64,000 nucleotides of DNA from a virus. Made by a program: the position numbers and the translations under genes. The stretch is taken from the IMG/VR virus record IMGVR_UViG_3300035670_000083, positions 1 through 64,000 of that record. One strand, given 5' to 3'. The notes below the pieces were generated by a model. It was not told the DNA's origin. It made no database searches and saw only the letters and a program-made list of their open reading frames with translations. Of this stretch, positions 46,709-54,278 are shown piece after piece. How positions within the stretch are numbered: position 1 is the first letter of the stretch; every line of letters begins with the position of its first letter.

Positions 46709-46745
46709 CTATATTATATATGTAATGACCTATAAATAATTGATT
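46706..46745. other. Site S10: candidate attI-like primary integration site
   Basis: Last TAAC core, followed by T rather than G and by no hairpin; 36 nt before the integrase ATG. Confidence 0.6.
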
Positions 46746-47549
46746 ATGAATGAAAAGGGTAAGTCAACTTTAAAGATTTGTGAACAAAAACTTAATTATC
46801 TAAATTATTCTAAAAGAACGATTGATAATTATTTATCACATATTAATAGATTTTTAAAATCACAAAATAAATCATGTTTGCATTTATCATCTAATGATTT
46901 TCAGTCATATTTAGATAATTACAAATTTACTTCTATATCGCAACAAAACCAAGTTATTAATTCTATTCGATTTCTTTATAAAGAAGTTCTCGGTAAAAAG
47001 TATGATAAAGTCTCTTTCAAAAGACCTAAATCTGAAAAGAAACTTCCACAGGTTATAGATGGTGATTATATAAAATCACAATTATCTAAAATTGATAATC
47101 TTAAACATAAGGCAATCCTCACACTAACATACTCGGTTGGATTAAGGGTTTCTGAAATAACCAATCTTAAAATTGAAGACATTGATTCAAAAAGAATGAT
47201 CATTCATATAAAAAATGCAAAAGGAAAGAAAGATAGGATTGTTCCACTTTCTGAAAATGTTTTAAATTTGCTTAGATATTATTGGAAACAATATAAACCA
47301 AAAGAATACCTTTTCAATGGATTATCCGGTAGATATTCAATTCAATCCTGTCAGAAAATATACAAAAAATATATTGATGAAAAATCATCATTTCATACAT
47401 TAAGACATTCTTCATTTACTAATTTACTTGAGTCAGGAACAGATTTGCGGATAATACAGAAAATAGCAGGTCATTCAAGCTCAAAAACAACCGAAATATA
47501 TACTCACGTTTCAAATCAAATTTTAAGGAAAGTTAAATTACCCATCTAA
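46746..47549 (+). CDS. Tyrosine recombinase, integron-integrase-like but without the IntI insertion
   Basis: SAM-like N-domain (YSKRTIDNY, SISQQNQVINSIRFLYKEVL), KKLPQVI, catalytic GLRVSE, AKGKKDR, HTLRHS, AGHSS, TEIYTH all intact. Confidence 0.92.
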   Translation: MNEKGKSTLKICEQKLNYLNYSKRTIDNYLSHINRFLKSQNKSCLHLSSNDFQSYLDNYKFTSISQQNQVINSIRFLYKEVLGKKYDKVSFKRPKSEKKLPQVIDGDYIKSQLSKIDNLKHKAILTLTYSVGLRVSEITNLKIEDIDSKRMIIHIKNAKGKKDRIVPLSENVLNLLRYYWKQYKPKEYLFNGLSGRYSIQSCQKIYKKYIDEKSSFHTLRHSSFTNLLESGTDLRIIQKIAGHSSSKTTEIYTHVSNQILRKVKLPI

Positions 47550-49748
47550 TCCCCAAGATTTTCTAGCTTCTACCATCCTTCTATTATAAGAGATTTTATT
47601 TCTTCTTATATCCAGTAATTGTTTATAATCAACTCCTTCTTCATATGATATTTTATTTAAAATATCATCAACTTTATTTCTTATCTGTATATCTTCTAAA
47701 TTATCAAAATAATCATCTACCATCCCTCTGAAATCATTCTTACCAAAAATAGATGTTAGGTTAACCAAAGTCATAACCGTATCATCATTTTTATTACCAT
47801 CAGCTTTATAAGTAATATTTCCAGTTCTTGTTGTATGTTTTATAAATGTTGTCATTTCATCTATATTTTCGTTATTATAAATAATAATTGATCTATCTTG
47901 CATTTTTTCTTGGTAATCTTTCACCATTAGGTTTTTATTCTCACCAACTTTTAATCCTATTTTTTCATCTAACGCATCTACTCTGTGTTTAAATCTAAAG
48001 AATATAGATGATCCATAGTTGTTATTTCCTTCAAATACATTCGGTAAGTGAGCAAGTAACTCATATCCGTATGTATTGACTTCTAATACAGCTTTTAAAT
48101 TATCTGTATCAAAATGATCAAAAGCTAAAACATAAAGTAATTCTGATAATTCATTGACGGATATAAGATTGCTTCTATACATTCCTATTTGTTCAAGTTG
48201 AATAAAGTCAAGTATGTTTCTATAATTCTTATTTTGTCTTTCTATTAGATCTATCGGCTTTGATTTTAATTTGAAAATATTTATCACCGTATAGTCCTGT
48301 CCTAATCCTTCAGATACATCTATACTTAATAGTATCCGATAATTTTTTCTTATTTGTGGATTATAAATTTCTTTATTCGGATGCCATTTTAGATCTTTGT
48401 AAGAGAATTTAAGTTTTTCTTCTATTTCAGGAATTTCCTGCCATTCAAATAATGTTTTTCTATCAGTTAATTCTTTTATTAATCCATCATCTAATAATGA
48501 TCTAGATGAGTTAATAAACTTCAAGTCAAATTCTTGGTTAAAAGCTTCTTCACCACCAATATCTTTGATTGTTTGTTTTTTCCAAGTTGTTATTTCAGCA
48601 ATTTCTGGTAATTTAATATCATTTATTGTTTCTTTAATGATATCTTCTTCCTGACAATCATCAGAATTAAAAACATGAACAACCCACTTATTTAACTCGT
48701 CATCAAATCTCAGCTCTGATTTATTTTTTGGAAAAGATTCTTTAATCCTACTTAAAACATCTTCTGGTTTGACATTGTAGTGATCTAATTTCTTTTGATT
48801 CAATCTTATGTATGTCACGAATCTTTTCGGAACTTGCCACCAATAAACTCTTTTTGCCACATAAGATGATTTTTCGCCTTCAGGCTTTTCAGCTTCTATT
48901 AAAAGTTTGTGAAATAAATTAAATCCGTTTGGAGTAGAGGTTATTATAATTTTAGAATTATCGATGTTGGCAATAGTAGGAAACACCGATTTGTAGAATT
49001 TATCTGCAATATTATCTGGTAGATAAGCAAACTCATCTAAATATAAAAAGTCAGCAGATTGACCGATAGAAGCGGTTTTTGTTGTTGCAAATCCTTTTAT
49101 ACGACTTTTATTTTCAAATGACATGAATTTCTCATTCCACTTTTTAATACCTTGTTGTAAGAAAAATGGAAGTCTTTGGTATATTTCTTTCATTTTATCA
49201 AGGATCTCAGTTGCTGTATCCAACTTATTTGCTGTTACAAGAACGTTTTTGTTATTATTAAAAAGAACAAAATGTAATATGGTTATTGCTGATGTGATAG
49301 TATTATGTGATAAAATACCATTTGTATAATATCTATGATTTGGATGATCAATAGATAAATCAAACATAGATAGTTTATGATTTGTTTTTTCTATCATTTT
49401 AACTTTTGATATTCCTTGATCAGTTTGTATGTAATCGCCTATTTTTAAATCTTTTATGTATATTTGATTAAAGTCCACATCAAATAAAATGTGATTATCA
49501 GCACCGTTAAGAAATAGTCCATTTTCTAGTTTTAAATTATATTCACTATAAGGTTGTGTTATATGTATTTGCGGAGCTATTTCATAACCAGTGTCTGTTT
49601 TCACTGATAAGTTGCAACTTATTGTATTCAATATCTTTTTGGATATATCATGTTCATTCAAATCTAAATTTCTGTATTCGAAAACTTCTATATACTCAAT
49701 TAATTTTTTTATTAAATATATTATGATAAGAGTAAAAAATCTAAACAT
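47538..49748 (-). CDS. terL: Terminase large subunit, C-terminal part preceded by C-intein
   Basis: Intein blocks then SHN|TITSA; LYLDEFA (Walker B), IITSTPNG, SIDVSEGLGQDY, NDDTVM. Confidence 0.9.
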   Translation of the reverse strand: MFRFFTLIIIYLIKKLIEYIEVFEYRNLDLNEHDISKKILNTISCNLSVKTDTGYEIAPQIHITQPYSEYNLKLENGLFLNGADNHILFDVDFNQIYIKDLKIGDYIQTDQGISKVKMIEKTNHKLSMFDLSIDHPNHRYYTNGILSHNTITSAITILHFVLFNNNKNVLVTANKLDTATEILDKMKEIYQRLPFFLQQGIKKWNEKFMSFENKSRIKGFATTKTASIGQSADFLYLDEFAYLPDNIADKFYKSVFPTIANIDNSKIIITSTPNGFNLFHKLLIEAEKPEGEKSSYVAKRVYWWQVPKRFVTYIRLNQKKLDHYNVKPEDVLSRIKESFPKNKSELRFDDELNKWVVHVFNSDDCQEEDIIKETINDIKLPEIAEITTWKKQTIKDIGGEEAFNQEFDLKFINSSRSLLDDGLIKELTDRKTLFEWQEIPEIEEKLKFSYKDLKWHPNKEIYNPQIRKNYRILLSIDVSEGLGQDYTVINIFKLKSKPIDLIERQNKNYRNILDFIQLEQIGMYRSNLISVNELSELLYVLAFDHFDTDNLKAVLEVNTYGYELLAHLPNVFEGNNNYGSSIFFRFKHRVDALDEKIGLKVGENKNLMVKDYQEKMQDRSIIIYNNENIDEMTTFIKHTTRTGNITYKADGNKNDDTVMTLVNLTSIFGKNDFRGMVDDYFDNLEDIQIRNKVDDILNKISYEEGVDYKQLLDIRRNKISYNRRMVEARKSWGLDG
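49302..49748 (-). mobile_element. Split intein, C-terminal fragment
   Basis: Block B-like ADNH, IKDLKIGD, block F MFDLSI...YYTNGI, block G SHN followed by Thr. Confidence 0.88.
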
Positions 49749-50677
49749 TTTTGTATTGTTTCTTTTTTATTCTTACGATATTCAGAATCCCATATTACTA
49801 GAACTTCAAATCCGTGAGATTTTGCTACATCTAACTTTATTTTATCTTTTTCCCAAATTTCTTCCGATTTTCTTCCCTTTCTGAAAGGATGTGGATAATC
49901 ATCACTTTTAAAAATATTTGGATTGGCATGATACTGATCACCATTATATTCAATTATCTTTTTATTTTTAAGATAAACAAAATCATACATCCAGATACCA
50001 CCACCATTCTTAGGTAGTCTAAATTCACCACCATTTGTAGCATATAGAGAATCTTTTTTGTTTATACTAATGGAATCAAATAGTTGCTGGCTACTTTTTG
50101 AGTATCCTTGTTTAAGATTTCCATTTTTAAGTAAAGAATTTTGCCATTTAATCTGCCTTTCTGTAAAAATTCTTTCACCATCCTCAGTTCCATATTTTTC
50201 TATACACTTATCTAAGTTAAATGTAGTTTGTCTTTCTCTTCTTTTTTCAATTGATTCATCTTCTGTAAATCCTTTATCTATCCAATATTCTAATTTTGTA
50301 GGATTTGGTTTTTCTTCGTTAACTGATTTTATAAAATTTAATCTTTCTTCATCAGATTCATAATTTTTGAATTCTTTTGAAAACGGACTTCTACTTTTTC
50401 TTTCTTCAGATGTAGTATTTGACTTGTGATTAGGATTTTTTTCACCAGAGAACATATCAGAGAACATCTTTTTATATTTTTCTTCTTTCATGTGTTTTCC
50501 GGAGTTTTTAGTAGTTTGTTTTAAATCTGATTTACACATTAATGGTGATCCCGGAAAAAGTTTTTTATATTCTTTTGATGACATTCCATTGTGCTTATGT
50601 TTTAAGTGTTTACCATATATCCTTTTGCATTTTTCACCACAAATTCTACAAGTTATTAAGTTATCTATTTCTTCCAT
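49721..50677 (-). CDS. Free-standing homing endonuclease (Vsr/DUF559-like C-terminal domain)
   Basis: CRIC...HLKHKH zinc finger; YDF....KIIEYNGDQYHANP...KDKIK...GFEVLVIWDSEY; sits between the terL halves. Confidence 0.8.
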   Translation of the reverse strand: MEEIDNLITCRICGEKCKRIYGKHLKHKHNGMSSKEYKKLFPGSPLMCKSDLKQTTKNSGKHMKEEKYKKMFSDMFSGEKNPNHKSNTTSEERKSRSPFSKEFKNYESDEERLNFIKSVNEEKPNPTKLEYWIDKGFTEDESIEKRRERQTTFNLDKCIEKYGTEDGERIFTERQIKWQNSLLKNGNLKQGYSKSSQQLFDSISINKKDSLYATNGGEFRLPKNGGGIWMYDFVYLKNKKIIEYNGDQYHANPNIFKSDDYPHPFRKGRKSEEIWEKDKIKLDVAKSHGFEVLVIWDSEYRKNKKETIQKCLDFLLLS

Positions 50678-50691
50678 ATTTTATATATTAT

Positions 50692-51198
50692 TTATGGCTT
50701 CTCACCAATTAGGTAAAGTATATCATATAGTTTTATTTTTATTCTTTCTAATAAAGTTAGATCTCTTTCCAATGATGTTAGAAAATAGTATAATCTACCA
50801 ATACGAGTGTGTATTTCTATATCATTATCCTTCAGAATAATTTCCGTATTAAATGATATACATTTTCCGGTCTGACGGCTGGCCATTAGTATATTGAATC
50901 TGTTGTTAAAAAAATTATCTAAAATTTCTTCTTGATAATCTCTTAATTTAATTTTTACTGGAGATCCTTTTTCTCCCTTTACCCAACAATAATTCTCAGC
51001 GAAATAATGAATATCCATTTTACATTTAATGTATTCATCGATTTCATGTGGAGTCATTTTAAATGAAAGTCCAGATTTTCTCAATCCTATTACCTTTTCA
51101 TGAAAGGGATTTTCGACATTTTTCAATATCTCACCCATGTTCAACATTTCTATCTTTTCATTTACTAATTTAGTTGTCCATATTATTTGTTTCGACAT
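50692..51198 (-). CDS. terL: Terminase large subunit, N-terminal part followed by N-intein
   Basis: EYIKC..DIHYFAENY, LRDYQ (adenine-binding motif), ASRQTGK Walker A. Confidence 0.9.
   Translation of the reverse strand: MSKQIIWTTKLVNEKIEMLNMGEILKNVENPFHEKVIGLRKSGLSFKMTPHEIDEYIKCKMDIHYFAENYCWVKGEKGSPVKIKLRDYQEEILDNFFNNRFNILMASRQTGKCISFNTEIILKDNDIEIHTRIGRLYYFLTSLERDLTLLERIKIKLYDILYLIGEKP
50695..50862 (-). mobile_element. Split intein, N-terminal fragment (56 aa)
   Basis: RQTGK|CISFNTEIIL: block A cysteine immediately after the Walker A lysine. Confidence 0.85.
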
Positions 51199-51355
51199 AA
51201 ACTTTGATTATTTTTCTTGATTCTTTCAAGTGTTTCTTTATTAACTTGTTGACCAAGTGAGATCTATTGATAGAATTTTCTTCACAGAACTTTTTCAAAT
51301 CATTTGAAACTTCTTTATCCAGCGAGAATCCTATATTTTCTTTGTTTAATCCCAT
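51170..51355 (-). CDS. Ribbon-helix-helix DNA-binding protein
   Basis: IGFSLDKEV...LKKFCEENSINRSHLVNKLI pattern. Confidence 0.6.
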   Translation of the reverse strand: MGLNKENIGFSLDKEVSNDLKKFCEENSINRSHLVNKLIKKHLKESRKIIKVYVETNNMDN

Positions 51356-51424
51356 AATGTATATATAATTAAGTAAAAATGGTATTTTTCAGTTTAATAT
51401 ATATAAGTAAATAAATTTAATCTT

Positions 51425-52024
51425 ATGACTAAAAAAGAAAAAGAAATGAATAGATTGACAGATGAGTTTGATCTTATACAAGAAGACACCTCTGATTTTG
51501 ATATAAGCCAGCACTTAGCAACAATGGATGATCTTCCCGACTTAGGACAGATAGAGTTATATGATTATGATGCGGATATTAAAACAGCTTCTAAAAAAGG
51601 TAATGAGGTATTAGAATCATTAGTTGATCTTTACTTGGGAGAGTTTCCGGAGTTGAAAAATAATCAATATATTAGAAATAAGATGAAGGAAGATGCTTTG
51701 GTTTATGCTGAAACACTTTTCTTACAGAAAATGACAAGAAAAAACTTTTTATCACAATTAAGACAAGTTGATAATGGTGATAATTCAGCAAGAATGCACG
51801 AAGTTATAAATCAAACTATTAAGGAAGTAAGAGAAAACTCTAAATTTGCTTCAACAATGAGAAGTGATCTTGAGAAATTCTATAAAGAGTTGAGAACAGA
51901 TATAACTGAAGGAATTGTTTCAAAAGGAGATAAAACAAAAGAAGATGATTTTGATGGTGAGATAGTAAATACTTCTCAATTGAATGATCTTATTAATGAA
52001 GCAATAATGAAGAAAAGGGATTAA
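51425..52024 (+). CDS. Hypothetical helical protein divergent from terL
   Basis: 199 aa; TAATATATA upstream. Confidence 0.55.
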   Translation: MTKKEKEMNRLTDEFDLIQEDTSDFDISQHLATMDDLPDLGQIELYDYDADIKTASKKGNEVLESLVDLYLGEFPELKNNQYIRNKMKEDALVYAETLFLQKMTRKNFLSQLRQVDNGDNSARMHEVINQTIKEVRENSKFASTMRSDLEKFYKELRTDITEGIVSKGDKTKEDDFDGEIVNTSQLNDLINEAIMKKRD

Positions 52025-52872
52025 TCTAAAAATTTGAAATTTTCAAAAGTTTTTATAACATTTGAAAACTCTAAAGGAATCAAAGTTTCTTCAAATTTAT
52101 TTGACTTATTGTGTGTGTAAAATTTACATACAACTAAATTTTCTGCATTTCTTATTTTATCTTTAACGATCATTTTAACCTCTTTTTCACTTTTTAAAAG
52201 TAAGTTTTCCAATAATGTGTTTATGTTCTTAGTTAATTCTATTGATTTCTTATCATCGTCATAAAAATAAACCTTTTCATAATCAGTTATTTCCTCTGAT
52301 GTTATTTTATCATTTTGGGTTTTAAGTCCTATTAGGTGTTGTAATAGTAATTTAACTTTCTTGTAAGCAATATCATCTTTATCCTTATTATAAAATGTTT
52401 CAGATAGAAAATAATAATCTTTAACTTTTAATCCTATTGATATAAGTTCCTCTTCAATTTTATCTAAGTGTTTTTGATAGTATTTCTTTTTATTCTTACC
52501 GCATATTATGTAAATATCATCATCGGTATTTATTATGTTATTAAACACTTCCATATCAATCTCAGAATCAATCTTTTCAATTATTGATGGATTCAAATAT
52601 TCTTGCATTGAAATAGCAAGATTTGATATGTCTTGTTTATATTTTTTTGATTTTATTTTTAGTTTATTCATAAAATCATTTGGTAGCCAAAAATTTTCAC
52701 CATTAAATGATATTTTATTATTATGGCTTCTGAATATTCCTGACTTGAATGATTTAAATTGATATGGTTCAATTTTCATTATAGGAATGTTTGGATTATC
52801 TTTTGATACAATCCAAGGTTTAGTTTTCATATCCAATATTATATCTAAATCTATAAAATGTGCAGATCTCAT
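52021..52872 (-). CDS. Hypothetical protein, possibly HAD-fold derived
   Basis: Likely start MRSAHFIDLD; YFYDDD; C-terminal VIKTFENF leader-like motif. Confidence 0.45.
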   Translation of the reverse strand: MRSAHFIDLDIILDMKTKPWIVSKDNPNIPIMKIEPYQFKSFKSGIFRSHNNKISFNGENFWLPNDFMNKLKIKSKKYKQDISNLAISMQEYLNPSIIEKIDSEIDMEVFNNIINTDDDIYIICGKNKKKYYQKHLDKIEEELISIGLKVKDYYFLSETFYNKDKDDIAYKKVKLLLQHLIGLKTQNDKITSEEITDYEKVYFYDDDKKSIELTKNINTLLENLLLKSEKEVKMIVKDKIRNAENLVVCKFYTHNKSNKFEETLIPLEFSNVIKTFENFKFLD

Positions 52873-52884
52873 ACTACTATATAT

Positions 52885-52914
52885 AAAAAAACCCACTTAA
52901 TTAAGTGGGTTTTT
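52885..52914. terminator. Intrinsic terminator
   Basis: AAAAACCCACTTAATTAAGTGGGTTTTT. Confidence 0.8.
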
Positions 52915-52919
52915 AGTTT

Positions 52920-53366
52920 TTAAGCTATTTCTTTTTCTAAGGCAAAATTATAAAGTGTTGCCAAGTTAAGATATTTGATAAATCCTTCTCTTATGTCTTT
53001 GAATGTTTTTGATTTTTTTATAATAGAATAAACTAATATTCCAAATTCTTCTTGGAATTTCAAATAACATTCTCCCCAGTTACATTTATATTCCTCACCA
53101 AATCTCCATTCTTTATCACCACCAGAAAGCCAGTATAACGATTTTGAGGGTTCTATATCATAATAATTTATTTCATCGATTTTAATGTTCCATACTGGAT
53201 CGTTCCAATTTTTCATTTGTAACATTATAGCTATTGCCTCGCCAATATCAGATGTCATTTCATTGCCAATTTCAAAATGATAACTATTATATTCTTTACT
53301 TATCTTAATCAATTCTGAGTTCCAAACGTTGTTGGGTCTCATCACAGTCACTTTTTTTCTTCTCAT
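52920..53366 (-). CDS. Hypothetical protein
   Basis: 148 aa ORF. Confidence 0.55.
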   Translation of the reverse strand: MRRKKVTVMRPNNVWNSELIKISKEYNSYHFEIGNEMTSDIGEAIAIMLQMKNWNDPVWNIKIDEINYYDIEPSKSLYWLSGGDKEWRFGEEYKCNWGECYLKFQEEFGILVYSIIKKSKTFKDIREGFIKYLNLATLYNFALEKEIA

Positions 53367-53377
53367 TTTTGTTTTGA

Positions 53378-53683
53378 TTAATTTTTATATCCTTCAGATT
53401 GTAGATTTATACCGGAGTACCATTTACCCTTGAAAACTCCGTTTTCAAATATTCCATTTATAAAATTTCCGTAAAATGATCCACCTTTAAATATTCCATA
53501 GTGCCAGTCTCCGGTGAAATAATTACCAGAGTGCCAAATTAAAGTATTATTCTTAATCTCGATATTGGCTTCTTCAAATTCTGAATCTATAAGCCAGTAG
53601 AGCTTAAACTCTTTTAAAATAGAGTTTATTTGTTTTTCCGATTTGATTGATTTATTATCAATTATTAGTTGAGTGAATCTCAT
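53378..53683 (-). CDS. Hypothetical protein with G-x-(W/F)-x-x repeats
   Basis: GNYFTGDWHYGIFKGGSFYGNFINGIFENGVFKGKW. Confidence 0.55.
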   Translation of the reverse strand: MRFTQLIIDNKSIKSEKQINSILKEFKLYWLIDSEFEEANIEIKNNTLIWHSGNYFTGDWHYGIFKGGSFYGNFINGIFENGVFKGKWYSGINLQSEGYKN

Positions 53684-53762
53684 AGTTAGAACATAAATTC
53701 TTGTTTTTATATATTAAAACATGATTTTCAGAATACTTCTGATATGGATTTTTTAGGAAAAT

Positions 53763-53792
53763 AAAAAAACCCGACTAAATTTAGTCGGGTTT
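53763..53792. terminator. Intrinsic terminator
   Basis: A-run-CCCGACTAAATTTAGTCGGGTTT, downstream of a minus-strand gene. Confidence 0.75.
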
Positions 53793-53811
53793 GTATTTAC
53801 TTTAATCTACA

Positions 53812-54186
53812 TTAGAATTTGTGAAGGTATTCAAACTCTTCCATGGTAAGTGAGTTTCTACCGTATTTTGAAACTTTTTCTAAGATTGAATCAAGTTCTA
53901 AAACAACTGGAAGTTCCAATTCTTCCATACCTTCTATCATCTCAAAGAAACTTGGATCATCGCCAATTCTGAATTCGCCTTCAATCTCAATATCATCAAT
54001 AAATACTTTATCATTTTTATTGATTCTCAAAAACTCAATAAGATTTTTATCATCACCTTCGGCAAAAACTACAACTTTATCTCCATTCATTTTACAATCA
54101 TTTAAGAGACTTAGTGGTATTTTATATTCAGAGAAAATAAATTCAAGTTGAATGAGTGGTTTAGTCAAGTCTATTTTGAATCGCAT
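53812..54186 (-). CDS. Hypothetical protein with C-terminal LDSILEKVSKYG..SL..EE..YL motif
   Basis: TATATTTG promoter element at 54208-54215. Confidence 0.6.
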   Translation of the reverse strand: MRFKIDLTKPLIQLEFIFSEYKIPLSLLNDCKMNGDKVVVFAEGDDKNLIEFLRINKNDKVFIDDIEIEGEFRIGDDPSFFEMIEGMEELELPVVLELDSILEKVSKYGRNSLTMEEFEYLHKF

Positions 54187-54278
54187 TGTCTTAGTTTGTT
54201 TGTTTTACAAATATAATAATTTTTTATCAAAAAAAGAAATTTAATTTTAATATATAAAAAAAATTAAATTGTTTCCTA

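Larger units (their letters stand above)
40952..47549. mobile_element. Integron-like element: tyrosine recombinase plus array of about 10 gene cassettes separated by attC-like hairpin sites
   Basis: Sites S0-S10 listed below; single small ORFs between sites; cassette-specific terminal inverted repeats; integrase adjacent. Confidence 0.85.

Noticed and set aside
40952-46709. CRISPR array interpretation of the repeated intergenic elements
   Set aside because: Repeats vary in sequence and length (48-143 bp), the intervals are whole genes of about 170-1300 bp, and no cas genes are present.
46746-47549. Prophage integrase indicating a temperate lifestyle
   Set aside because: Short protein without an arm-binding domain, no repressor or excisionase nearby, and directly attached to the cassette array. 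Cannot be fully excluded.
49721-50691. Group I intron around the endonuclease gene in terL
   Set aside because: Only 14 nt separate the N-terminal ORF from the endonuclease and its end overlaps the C-terminal ORF, leaving no room for a ribozyme core. The intein motifs explain the split.
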